64,000 nt of DNA from an uncultured Bdellovibrio sp. (GTDB lineage Bacteria; Bdellovibrionota; Bdellovibrionia; Bdellovibrionales; Bdellovibrionaceae), in NCBI GenBank assembly GCA_963932905.1, contig CAWVRN010000014.1, positions 42,513 to 106,512 on the forward strand, written 5' to 3'. Each line of letters starts with the position of its first letter. Positions within the stretch are counted from its first letter, which is position 1. Shown piece after piece: positions 28,749 to 38,272 of the stretch. The notes below the pieces were generated by a model. The model was not told where the DNA came from, did not search any database, and saw only the letters and a program-made list of their open reading frames with translations. The translations under genes were made by a program, and so were the position numbers.

Positions 28749-31232
28749 TTATTGGCAAGCTTCGCAAGCTTCTGGGTTTTCTAAACTACAAGTGATCATT
28801 TCCTCGTCCGTGTAAACTTTTGTAGGTGTTTGTTCCACCGGCGCCGCATTCATCGCTACAGGTGTAGCTGGAATGCCTGCATCGACTGTTACGTTAGATT
28901 TGCGAACTGTTGTTTTTGCAATTGAAGTCGCTGGACGTGAACGTAAGTAATACGTTGTTTTCACTCCACGTTTCCAAGCATACATATACATGCTTGAAAG
29001 TTTGCCAATCGTTGGGCTTTCGCTGAATAAGTTCAAGCTTTGAGATTGGTCGATATAAGGACCGCGATCTGCAGCTAAATCAATTAATGCCTTCATTGGT
29101 AATTCCCAAACGGTACGGTAGATTTTTTTTACTGCTTCAGGAATGCCAGCGATGTTTGCAATTGAACCTTCGTGCATTTTGATTTCGTTACGTAATTCTT
29201 CGTTCCATAGATTTAAATTTTTAAGCTCAGTCACTAGATACTTATTGATTTGCAAGAACTCACCAGACAGTGTTTCGCGTTTAAACAAGTTAGAAACTTG
29301 TGGCTCCGTCGCTTCATAGCAACCCACGATAGAAGCGATAGTCGCAGTGGGAGCAATCGCGATCAATAATGAATTTCTTAAGCCTGTTTTTTTGATGCGT
29401 TCTTTTAGCTCGGCCCATTTCTGAGTCATAGAAGGTTTAACACCCCATAGATCAAATTGCAGATCGCCTTTAGCGGCACGAGTCTCTTGATAGTTTTCAT
29501 GAGGACCGTGTTTTTCTGCTAATTCAGAACTTACAACAAGAGCATTATAATAGATAACTTCTTGAATACGAGTCGATAATTCACGTGCTTCATCTGAATC
29601 AAACGGCATTTGTAATTGGAAAAATGCATCTTGAAGACCCATTAAACCAAGCCCCACGGGTCTCCATTTGTTGTTTGAAAATCCCGCTGTTTCGATTGGA
29701 TAGAAATTAATATCTACTACGCGATCAAGATACTTAACCGCTGTACGAACTGTGCGAGCTAATTTATCGAAATCAAATTCACCATTCACTATGTGGCGAC
29801 CTAAGTTCACTGAACCTAAGTTACAAACCGCAGTTTCTTTGTTCGACGTCACTTCAAGGATTTCTGTGCAAAGATTTGACAAATGAATCACATTTTGTGG
29901 TTGGCCTGTTTGGTTAGACTTCAAGTTAGAAGCATCTTTCCAAGTCATCCAGCCGTTGCCAGTTTGTGCTAGAGTCTTCATCATACGAGAGTATAAATCG
30001 CGCGCTTTAACTTGTTTAACGTACATTTTCTTTTCTTCTGCTTCTGCGTAGGCTTTTTCGAACTCTTCGCCAAAAAGATCTACTAGATGAGGAACTTTGT
30101 TTGGATCAAACAAAGACCACATTTGGTCGGCTTCTAAACGTTTCATGAATAAATCTGGAATCCAGTTCGCCAGGTTTAAATTGTGAGCGCGTTTGGCTTC
30201 ATCACCAGTGTTATCGCGAAGTTCAAGGAACTCCTCGATATCCGCGTGCCAAGATTCAAGGTAAATACAAGCTGCGCCTTTACGTTTGCCGCCTTGGTTG
30301 ACTGCGGCTACTGAGCTATCTAGGGTTTTAAGCCAAGGAATAATACCGTTTGAATGGCCATTGGTTCCTTTGATTAGACTGCCACGTGATCTAACACGGT
30401 GGTAAGCCACACCGATGCCGCCCGCGAATTTTGAAAGAAGGGCAATATCTGTGTATTTCTGATAGATGGATCTTAAATCATCATCCGGAGAGTCCAATAA
30501 ATAACAAGAGCTCATTTGTGGACGAAGTGTCCCGCTATTAAAAAGGGTAGGGGTCGATGCCATGTACTCTAATGATGAGATTAAACGATAAAATTCGATA
30601 GCTTCGTCAATAGACTGAGCTAAACCACACGCTACGCGCATAAAGAAGTATTGCGGGGTTTCGAAAACCTGACGAGTTTGTGGGTTTTTTAATAAATAAC
30701 GATCATAAACAGTTCTTAAGCCGAAGTATTCAAAGCGGTCTGTTCTGAATGGCTCGATCGCGGCTGAAAGCGACGTTTTGTGAGTCATTACAAATTTATA
30801 TAAGCTTTCGCTTAACAATCCGTTTTGGAAACCAAACGAGATTGAATCGGCAAATGTTTTGATTTTTTGTGAGCGCACTTCTTCGTCTACATAAGTAGAT
30901 AGAAGGCGAGCTGCTAGGCGAGAGTATTCTGGCTCTTCACCGATTAATAAAGACGCTGTAGAGATACAAAGGTTATCTAACTCTTTTGTAGCGGCACCAT
31001 CGTATAAGCCGCTGATAGCTTTAGTGGCTACACGTAATGGATCTACTTGGGATAGACCTTGGCATAGGCGTGATACGCGTTCAACGATCTTAGTTACGTC
31101 AACAGGTTCTAAACTGCCATCGCGTTTTTTAACTCTCATAATATGAGGAGCACTGTCATAACCAGTCGATGAAGCATCGTCTGTTAGATTAAATGATAGA
31201 TTTGTGTTTGGTTGGTTTTCGTTCAGAAACAT
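28749..31232 (-). CDS. nrdA: ribonucleotide reductase class I alpha subunit with ATP cone
   Basis: VKKRDG ATP cone, TPTLFNSG, SSC, SNLCTEI, TTYYLR, C-terminal CEAC. Confidence 0.97.
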   Translation of the reverse strand: MFLNENQPNTNLSFNLTDDASSTGYDSAPHIMRVKKRDGSLEPVDVTKIVERVSRLCQGLSQVDPLRVATKAISGLYDGAATKELDNLCISTASLLIGEEPEYSRLAARLLSTYVDEEVRSQKIKTFADSISFGFQNGLLSESLYKFVMTHKTSLSAAIEPFRTDRFEYFGLRTVYDRYLLKNPQTRQVFETPQYFFMRVACGLAQSIDEAIEFYRLISSLEYMASTPTLFNSGTLRPQMSSCYLLDSPDDDLRSIYQKYTDIALLSKFAGGIGVAYHRVRSRGSLIKGTNGHSNGIIPWLKTLDSSVAAVNQGGKRKGAACIYLESWHADIEEFLELRDNTGDEAKRAHNLNLANWIPDLFMKRLEADQMWSLFDPNKVPHLVDLFGEEFEKAYAEAEEKKMYVKQVKARDLYSRMMKTLAQTGNGWMTWKDASNLKSNQTGQPQNVIHLSNLCTEILEVTSNKETAVCNLGSVNLGRHIVNGEFDFDKLARTVRTAVKYLDRVVDINFYPIETAGFSNNKWRPVGLGLMGLQDAFFQLQMPFDSDEARELSTRIQEVIYYNALVVSSELAEKHGPHENYQETRAAKGDLQFDLWGVKPSMTQKWAELKERIKKTGLRNSLLIAIAPTATIASIVGCYEATEPQVSNLFKRETLSGEFLQINKYLVTELKNLNLWNEELRNEIKMHEGSIANIAGIPEAVKKIYRTVWELPMKALIDLAADRGPYIDQSQSLNLFSESPTIGKLSSMYMYAWKRGVKTTYYLRSRPATSIAKTTVRKSNVTVDAGIPATPVAMNAAPVEQTPTKVYTDEEMITCSLENPEACEACQ

Positions 31233-31402
31233 ATTTCCCCTCTTGTCGTCCTTGTTAACTTCAGCCCTTTGAGCAAAACATCCCCTAAGGCGAAATCAGT
31301 TTCGCCTTTCGAAGAAAGGTTTGTAGTATTTTACTTTCTTACATCCAAAGTCTAGTTTGAACTTTTGATGTCATTTTTTTATTGAATTTCACCTTTCGGT
31401 GG

Positions 31403-31490
31403 AAACTACCAGTAGTAAATAACGGTTTGCGTCTTATCTAGGCTCACTATATCTAGTGGGCTTTCGTGATTCAAACACTACCAGTTGCGT
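31403..31490. promoter_or_regulatory. tandem NrdR boxes
   Basis: TCACTATATCTAGTGG (31444-31459) matches the acaCwAtATaTwGtg consensus; ACACTACCAGTTGCGT lies 31 bp away (31475-31490); weaker third box at 31403-31418. Confidence 0.75.
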
Positions 31491-31643
31491 TCTTTTCAAT
31501 CGTGTAAGGTGTGGCGGTTTTCGTCAAGCGTATTTAATTTTTTTGCGAAAAATACTTTAATGCTGATGATCAATTAAGCACTTAGCTCATTTTTTTTGAC
31601 AAAGGTCTCGTTAAATCCGCGTCAGAAGCGGTTTTGCTCGTTC

Positions 31644-32669
31644 TTAAAGCAAATTTAAGCTGGACTCAGGTCTTGCTTTTGGCAGCCCTTGATGGGCCAT
31701 TTTTTGAATTTCTAGGGCTTCTTGTTCTGTTTTAGGCTGGTAATAGCGGCCTTGATACGAAGATTCCTTTCGTAAATGATCAATAATCGCTTGATGCGTT
31801 CCCATTTTGTTATTGGTCCAACTAGGCGCCACAAGCTCGTCAAAGCGTGAAGAGAAGGCGCTTAGGCGATGAATAGCGATATCAGGGCGCAAGTTTTCTA
31901 AGAAAATTTGTACACGACGAGAATACGTTTCTAGCGAAATCGGTGTGAATTCACCTTTGTGATAGAGTGGCTCTAGCGCTGTATTTTTCAGAACGTGTAA
32001 GTTGTGTAGTTTTACATTCGTGATCGGTAAATCATTACAGATTAATGCCGATTGTTTTACGCGTTCATCGGTTTCATAGGGGCTTCCAAAGATCAGGTGA
32101 ATACCTAAATCTACCGAAGTCAGTTCCTTTATCCGTTTTAAAGCATGCAGTGATTCTGCGTTTTTATGACCTCGGCGGAAGAATTCTAAATCATCGTCGA
32201 AGAAGCTTTGTAAGCCAAGTTCCACAGAGACATGTTTCATTTCATGGTACTTTTGCCAAAGCTTAAATAAGGATAAGGAAAGGCAATCTGGGCGGGTGCC
32301 AATGACGAATCCTGAAATATCTTCGCCGCAAGATAATGCATCTTGAAAGTTTTTTTCTAGATCGGCAATTTTAGCAAACGAATTTGTGTAGGCTTGGAAG
32401 TACACCAGAAACTGCGAAGCTTTGAATTTTTCTTTAATGTGGGCACGGTATTTATGAATTTGTTCCGTCAGCGGTAAATCGAATGCCTCGCTGCGGGCCG
32501 CTGAACCCCAAACATCACAAAACGAGCAGGTTTGCATTCCCTTTAAGCCTAACCGGTTGGGGCAATCATCGACGACCGCAACGGGAACTTTGTAAACCTT
32601 GGCGCCAAATAGGCTTTTATATCTGTCTGAAATCGAGTAATAGGGAAGTCCGTTCCAACCGTTTTCCAT
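31644..32669 (-). CDS. TIGR01212/YhcC-YtqA(MnmL)-family radical SAM protein
   Basis: CPNR...CSFC, YFQAYTNS, IGTRPDC, ELGLQS, VKLHNLHVLKNT; start placed at ATG 32669. Confidence 0.9.
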   Translation of the reverse strand: MENGWNGLPYYSISDRYKSLFGAKVYKVPVAVVDDCPNRLGLKGMQTCSFCDVWGSAARSEAFDLPLTEQIHKYRAHIKEKFKASQFLVYFQAYTNSFAKIADLEKNFQDALSCGEDISGFVIGTRPDCLSLSLFKLWQKYHEMKHVSVELGLQSFFDDDLEFFRRGHKNAESLHALKRIKELTSVDLGIHLIFGSPYETDERVKQSALICNDLPITNVKLHNLHVLKNTALEPLYHKGEFTPISLETYSRRVQIFLENLRPDIAIHRLSAFSSRFDELVAPSWTNNKMGTHQAIIDHLRKESSYQGRYYQPKTEQEALEIQKMAHQGLPKARPESSLNLL

Positions 32670-32753
32670 GCATCTTTCTAACTGGTGGTCCGCAAAAGGG
32701 CAAGATCTTGTCACGGGTTTGGAAATCTTATATTCGATTTGGGTCTGATAGAG

Positions 32754-33515
32754 ATGGATTATAAAGAAACTAATGTATTTAAATCATATGAGTACGACGT
32801 GGAAATTACAGGTGATGGATCACCGACATTACGATATCAGCGGAAAGAAAGTATGCACAATCGTCGGGGGGCTGCTGGTGAATCGGTTTATATCTACTAT
32901 CACGCCTTGCTTCAATATGCAGAGCTAGAAACCGCCAAGAAAATGAATCATGAGTTGCGAGTTTTATCGCTTGGTTTCGGATTGGGTTACAACGAAATAG
33001 CAACAGTGATGTGTTGGCTGAAGAACAAGTGGAATTTAGAAAAACTAGAATTAGTTTCCTATGAAAAAGATTTGTTTTTGTATGAATTATTCAATGCATG
33101 GCTCATTGGGCCCAGTGATTCTAAAAGTGTTTTCGACGATGTGTTTGTGGGAATGGAAACAGCGTTGAATTCATTTCCACCAGCGGTACCATTGTCCGAC
33201 TTGAAGACTGCGATGATTTGGTTGCTTGAGAATAAAAAATGGATGCAAGCCGGGCTGATTAAATCGGTGGATGATTTTGATGGTTATTATGATGTCGTAT
33301 TTTTCGATGCATTTTCTTCAAAAGTAGATAGTTGTTTGTGGACGGAAGAATTTTTAAATGAATTTGTTAAAACCCGTTTGAATTCTACTTTTGTGTTGTC
33401 AACCTATGCATGCACGGGTGCTTTGAGGCGAGTCGCGGCTAATAATCGGGCTCAGTTTGTTAAGCGCATTGGCTACAAAGGCAAGCGCAATGCGTCCCTT
33501 ATTTTTAGAATTTAA
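32754..33515 (+). CDS. stand-alone MnmC-type (MnmD-like) SAM methyltransferase
   Basis: TGDGSPTL...ESMH, GFGLGYN, FFDAFS, LW motif; start placed at ATG 32754. Confidence 0.85.
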   Translation: MDYKETNVFKSYEYDVEITGDGSPTLRYQRKESMHNRRGAAGESVYIYYHALLQYAELETAKKMNHELRVLSLGFGLGYNEIATVMCWLKNKWNLEKLELVSYEKDLFLYELFNAWLIGPSDSKSVFDDVFVGMETALNSFPPAVPLSDLKTAMIWLLENKKWMQAGLIKSVDDFDGYYDVVFFDAFSSKVDSCLWTEEFLNEFVKTRLNSTFVLSTYACTGALRRVAANNRAQFVKRIGYKGKRNASLIFRI

Positions 33516-34192
33516 TAGGCGTCGGCTTCTTTGAATTTCGTGACGTAGTCTAATATTAAAGCTTTTGATTCTTGAGAAAGAATAGAGAACTTAACTCCTA
33601 GATCCCCATTTGAGCCTGAGTAAACAACATCACCAGTGATGGCAATGGTTTGACCTAAGTTAGGGCTTTGGATTTGGCCACGCAGCGAATGACCGATTTT
33701 TAACCCTAGGGCTTCTGTAAATCCACAACCACCTTCTGAGAGTGTTAGTAGTTTACATCGAAAATCAACGTTGGTAGTTAAGTTGTGTCCTTCGAAAAAA
33801 CCGAAAATGGGAACGCGTAGTTGAGTACGTCGAGTAATTCCTAGTTTTTCGGTAATGGCACTAGAAGAAAATAGAATCTGCCACTTGGGATCTATATCTG
33901 ATTTCACATAAACACTGTCGTAGGATTGCAGCGCGCGAAGTTCTGCGATCAGTTCGTCAATTTTTAGAATTTTGGATTCTTTATCTTCATAGCGGTATTG
34001 CCATAAGCTGATGCGATTTTCTTTTTCAGCAGCTTCTTCTAGGGAGCGTTTCCATTCAAAGTGGGAAACCCATTCGCCCATTCCTTTGCCCCAAACTAAA
34101 CACTCTTTGTGTTTAGAATGCCAAGTTTCAACTTCATCAACAGACATGGGGCCATGAATTTTTGTATCAACTTGAACAAACCAACGTTTCAT
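33512..34192 (-). CDS. PilZ-domain protein with N-terminal GYF_2-like domain(s)
   Basis: WFV...GPMS...LVWGKGMGEW; RRTQLR (RxxxR) and TLSEGG; GVKF. Confidence 0.8.
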   Translation of the reverse strand: MKRWFVQVDTKIHGPMSVDEVETWHSKHKECLVWGKGMGEWVSHFEWKRSLEEAAEKENRISLWQYRYEDKESKILKIDELIAELRALQSYDSVYVKSDIDPKWQILFSSSAITEKLGITRRTQLRVPIFGFFEGHNLTTNVDFRCKLLTLSEGGCGFTEALGLKIGHSLRGQIQSPNLGQTIAITGDVVYSGSNGDLGVKFSILSQESKALILDYVTKFKEADAY

Positions 34193-34217
34193 ATGGAAAT
34201 TATAAACGAGGGGCTAT

Positions 34218-34847
34218 TTAGTTTTCTATAATTTTCTCAAGGTCTCTATTATCCTGGACCTCTGATGAGTCATCAGTGCCATCCAAGCTGTTCTTGGCTC
34301 TATTCAAGCGATCTAGAAGAAATACATTATCCGTTTTCTGTATCAATTCGTTAATGATTTGCTTCGAAAACATCTTCTCTTCACTGTTTTCTATTCCTTC
34401 AATGGCTTGAGCACGAACAACATGTTCAAAATCGCGCTCACGAGGATTTAAATTTTGCGGTATCGGGGTAGTCACAATTTCTTTTAAAATTTCTGGGATG
34501 TGCCCATTGTGCGCTAACAAATATATTGATTTAAATCTTATGTCTTGTTCGGCTTGAGGATTGACGGCATCCTGAGCCAAGCTTTGAATATCATTGCTTG
34601 TTAAGCGCGATGCTCGCGATTTGATTTCTACCATGTCCGAATTGGGTGTAAGGACGACCGCTTGCGGACGTCCTGTCGGCGTCAAGCTTGTATCGAGAGG
34701 TGTAGGTAAAGCGTGTTTAGATACCGGCCGCGCCGACAAATGAGGAGTTCCTTTTAGGTAAAAATACACCCAGATATCGGTGCAGAAAACTAACAATGCG
34801 ATCAAAGCGTACCAAAATGTTTTTCTTTTTAAAAATTCCATAATCAT
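34218..34847 (-). CDS. membrane-anchored helical hypothetical protein
   Basis: N-terminal TM, Pro-rich linker, helical domain; 4-bp overlap with the upstream gene. Confidence 0.65.
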   Translation of the reverse strand: MIMEFLKRKTFWYALIALLVFCTDIWVYFYLKGTPHLSARPVSKHALPTPLDTSLTPTGRPQAVVLTPNSDMVEIKSRASRLTSNDIQSLAQDAVNPQAEQDIRFKSIYLLAHNGHIPEILKEIVTTPIPQNLNPRERDFEHVVRAQAIEGIENSEEKMFSKQIINELIQKTDNVFLLDRLNRAKNSLDGTDDSSEVQDNRDLEKIIEN

Positions 34848-36193
34848 TCTGTAATGTTAAATATATTGTACAGTGGGACAGCCACGATTTGGTTGGCGTT
34901 AATTCCCTCGGGTAGAGGAAGTTCTGTCCACTGAGTTCCTGTTAAATAAAATACTTTCTTGTTGGTGCTTAAAGCATAGATAAGCCCGTTGGCTTTTGCG
35001 ATAGACTGCATCTTTAAATCCCAATTTAAGTTCGTTTTAATAAATGTGTTTGACGAGAGTTCATAGGAATGGATAGCCCCAGATGAATCTATCAAAAAAT
35101 AACCTTGGCGGCCATCAGGTAGAAATGGGCTCGAAAGCTTCACCTGAAAATTTAAATTTTGTAATGGGTTCCATTTCCCTAACTTGAAGTTATAGGAGGC
35201 GAATTGATTGCTTGGCGTAATCATCACGACGCTGCGTTTTGCACCGATATCGAATTCCTCAAAGTCAGCAAGATTCATATTCAAATTAAGTAACGTTTTG
35301 TAATAAGAAAAAGAATCCGCAATGGAAGATGTTTGATTGAAGCGGTCGTAGAGTTCAATTGCATAGGCTCGTGTTCCTGTAAAAAGAGTGGCGCCATATG
35401 ATGTGCGTTTCAATCGACCATTAATGTTTTGCGGATTTGAAATGATGGCCGGCCGTTGCACCCAGCGATTTTGATCTAACAACCAATAGTCACCAGTAGA
35501 GGATTGAACGAGAAGAGCATCGCGTTTGTTTAAGGGTGATGTGTTGAACACGAAATTGGCTCGGGCCATGGCTGTTAGTCGCGCCATCGCTTTGTACATG
35601 GGATGAAAATTTTGACCTCGAACACTGACTCGTGCGTAGTATTCCATTTCAATGGCATGAGCACCGCCGCTGGCAAAATCGACGTCGCAACCATTTACCG
35701 ATAAGTCTTTATAAGGTCCTAGTTTGCAAAGAGTGTGAGGGAAATAGGCAGTATGTCGAGCCTCATGAAGCAGAGTGCCGACTCGTTCTAGCGTAGAAAT
35801 TTTATAGTAATAGTCTTGAGTGTAGATATTGCCGCGAACATTGAAAGCTAACGTGGCTGAGTCATCGTGATCACGCTCGGTCTTTAGAATCTGCGTTTTT
35901 GCCCATTTGTAATATTGAGAGCTATCAATAAAGCCGGCAATAAAAGATGATGCGCCAGTCGCTTGAAATTGACCATTTTCTATTATGTATAAAGCGTTAA
36001 GAAGTTTTTTAAAATCGCTTGTGGGTTTGCAGAGCTCAACACCATCAAATGACGAGGTTTTGATCTTGAAATCTTTGACGTATTTTCGAGCTGCATCTTT
36101 GGTAAAACACGGAAACTGACTGTCGTCAAAAGGCAGTGTTTGAGCATAAGAAATTGATGTGATAAGTAGCAAAAAGTAAAACAATAGCTGCAC
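34844..36193 (-). CDS. secreted putative zinc metalloprotease (HExxH) with beta-rich C-terminal region
   Basis: LLHEARH plus downstream AHAIEMEY; start placed at GTG 36193 after GAGGGG. Confidence 0.6.
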   Translation of the reverse strand: MQLLFYFLLLITSISYAQTLPFDDSQFPCFTKDAARKYVKDFKIKTSSFDGVELCKPTSDFKKLLNALYIIENGQFQATGASSFIAGFIDSSQYYKWAKTQILKTERDHDDSATLAFNVRGNIYTQDYYYKISTLERVGTLLHEARHTAYFPHTLCKLGPYKDLSVNGCDVDFASGGAHAIEMEYYARVSVRGQNFHPMYKAMARLTAMARANFVFNTSPLNKRDALLVQSSTGDYWLLDQNRWVQRPAIISNPQNINGRLKRTSYGATLFTGTRAYAIELYDRFNQTSSIADSFSYYKTLLNLNMNLADFEEFDIGAKRSVVMITPSNQFASYNFKLGKWNPLQNLNFQVKLSSPFLPDGRQGYFLIDSSGAIHSYELSSNTFIKTNLNWDLKMQSIAKANGLIYALSTNKKVFYLTGTQWTELPLPEGINANQIVAVPLYNIFNITE

Positions 36194-36366
36194 AGACCCC
36201 TCTATGTAGAAAAAATACGCTATTCCGAATCTGTATGGTTTCAAGTTATGTGGCGTGCGTTATGGATAAAACTTTGAAAACCTAAGAATAATGTTAAGAT
36301 CAAGTTAAAGAAACAGTGTTGTAATCGTGTCTAAAACATAGGGATAGATGCCGGAGCGTTTTAAAA

Positions 36367-38262
36367 TTGTCTAAAGCAAATTCAGATTCCACAAAATCGT
36401 CGTCTCTTTTTTTTCTCGCTTTAGGCGCACTGGGTGTGGTTTTTGGCGATATTGGAACATCGCCTCTGTACGCATTAAGAGAGTGTTTTAGTGCCGAGCA
36501 TGGCCTTCCGTTAAATTACGATAATGTCATGGGTATTTTGTCGCTGATTTTCTGGACCCTGATGCTGATTATAAACTTTAAGTATGTGATGCTTATTCTG
36601 CGTGCCGATAACAAAGGTGAGGGGGGAATTTTATCTTTGATGGCGCTTTCTATTCGATCTCTTTCGGATGCGACAAATGCAAAAAGAAAAGCCGTTATGA
36701 TGGTTCTTGGGATTTCGGGAGCCGCCCTTTTGTATGGAGACGGTGTAATCACTCCTGCTATTTCTGTACTGGGAGCCGTTGAAGGGCTTGAATATATTAC
36801 GAAAAGTTTTAAGCCATTTGTTATTCCGGTGACGATATTTATTCTTACCATGCTGTTTTTGGTGCAACGTTTTGGTACCGGTCGTATCGGTGTGGTATTT
36901 GGTCCGATTATTTTTATATGGTTTGTAGTTTTAGGTGTCTTGGGTATCTATGGTATAAGTCTAAATCCGGAAGTCCTTTGGGCAATGAGTCCCACCTACG
37001 CGATCGATTTTTTGATTCGAAACGGAACGGATGCATTTGTGGTGATGGGCTCTGTGGTCCTTGTTGTTACAGGGGGCGAAGCCTTGTATGCGGACATGGG
37101 ACACTTTGGGCGAAGCCCGATTCGCTACTCATGGTTTTTGGTTGCGTTTCCTGGTTTGATTCTAAATTATTTTGGTCAAGGTGGTTTGCTGTTGAGCGAT
37201 CCAAGTGCCATTTCCAATCCATTCTATCTCTTGGTTCCTAAGTGGGGATTAGTTCCTATGGTAATGTTATCAATGACAGCAGCAGTGATTGCGTCGCAAG
37301 CATTGATTACCGGAGTTTACTCTATCACTCGTCAGGCTATTCAATTAGGTTTTTGGCCGCGAGTGACGATTGTGCACACCTCATCAGCGGAAATTGGTCA
37401 GATTTATATTCCATCGATGAATTGGGCGTTGTTTTTTGGTGTCATTTGGTTGGTTATTACATTTAAGAGCTCAAGTCAGTTGGCGGCTGCCTATGGTATC
37501 GCGGTGACTGGAACAATGGTCGCTACTGCGATTTTAGCCTTTGAAGTGGCCCGACAGCGTTGGGGCTGGGGCCTGGCAAAATGTGTTTCTATATTTGGAT
37601 TATTTCTTTTTATAGATATTGTTTTTTTTAGTGCGAATGCGATTAAAATTCCGCATGGCGGCTGGGTTTCGTTAGCTATGGCGGCGGTGATATATATATT
37701 AATGACGACATGGCATAAAGGACGGCGCATTTTATACAGGAAATTAAAAGAGCGCAGTGTTTCAGTTGAAGATTTTTGTCAAAAGTTATTGCATACACCA
37801 CCCATTCGCATTTCAGGAACAGCAATTTATATGGCTGGTGATCCATGGGGTGTTCCGGTTCCGTTACTTCACAATTTAAAGCACAATAAAGTATTGCATG
37901 AACGCGTTGCTATTCTGACTATCATGACGAAAGAGATTCCTCTGGTGTCTAAGCGGTCGCGGGTTGAGATCCAAGAAATTATTCCTAATTTCTATCGTAT
38001 TTTGGTTTACTACGGGTTTTTAGAAATTCCGAAAATGAAGCACATCCTTGAAGCTTTAAGACAGAATAATATTCATTTCAATATAAGTGAAACCACCTTT
38101 GTTCTGGGTAGAGAGACAATTCTTCCTTCTAATGAACCAAATATGGCCTTGTGGAGAGAGCGCTTGTTTGCGTTCATGACTCGAAATGCGCAGCGACCGA
38201 CAGCATTCTTTAAAATTCCACCTAACCAAGTGATTGAGGTGGGTATTCAAGTTGAAATTTAA
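36367..38262 (+). CDS. kup: potassium transporter Kup
   Basis: GVVFGDIGTSPLYA, ADNKGEGG, GGEALYADMGHFG. Confidence 0.97.
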   Translation: MSKANSDSTKSSSLFFLALGALGVVFGDIGTSPLYALRECFSAEHGLPLNYDNVMGILSLIFWTLMLIINFKYVMLILRADNKGEGGILSLMALSIRSLSDATNAKRKAVMMVLGISGAALLYGDGVITPAISVLGAVEGLEYITKSFKPFVIPVTIFILTMLFLVQRFGTGRIGVVFGPIIFIWFVVLGVLGIYGISLNPEVLWAMSPTYAIDFLIRNGTDAFVVMGSVVLVVTGGEALYADMGHFGRSPIRYSWFLVAFPGLILNYFGQGGLLLSDPSAISNPFYLLVPKWGLVPMVMLSMTAAVIASQALITGVYSITRQAIQLGFWPRVTIVHTSSAEIGQIYIPSMNWALFFGVIWLVITFKSSSQLAAAYGIAVTGTMVATAILAFEVARQRWGWGLAKCVSIFGLFLFIDIVFFSANAIKIPHGGWVSLAMAAVIYILMTTWHKGRRILYRKLKERSVSVEDFCQKLLHTPPIRISGTAIYMAGDPWGVPVPLLHNLKHNKVLHERVAILTIMTKEIPLVSKRSRVEIQEIIPNFYRILVYYGFLEIPKMKHILEALRQNNIHFNISETTFVLGRETILPSNEPNMALWRERLFAFMTRNAQRPTAFFKIPPNQVIEVGIQVEI

Positions 38263-38272
38263 TTTTTAAAAA

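Noticed and set aside
31233..31440. Cobalamin riboswitch upstream of nrdA
   Set aside because: Conserved B12-element motifs were not recognisable; kept only as an unclassified structured leader.
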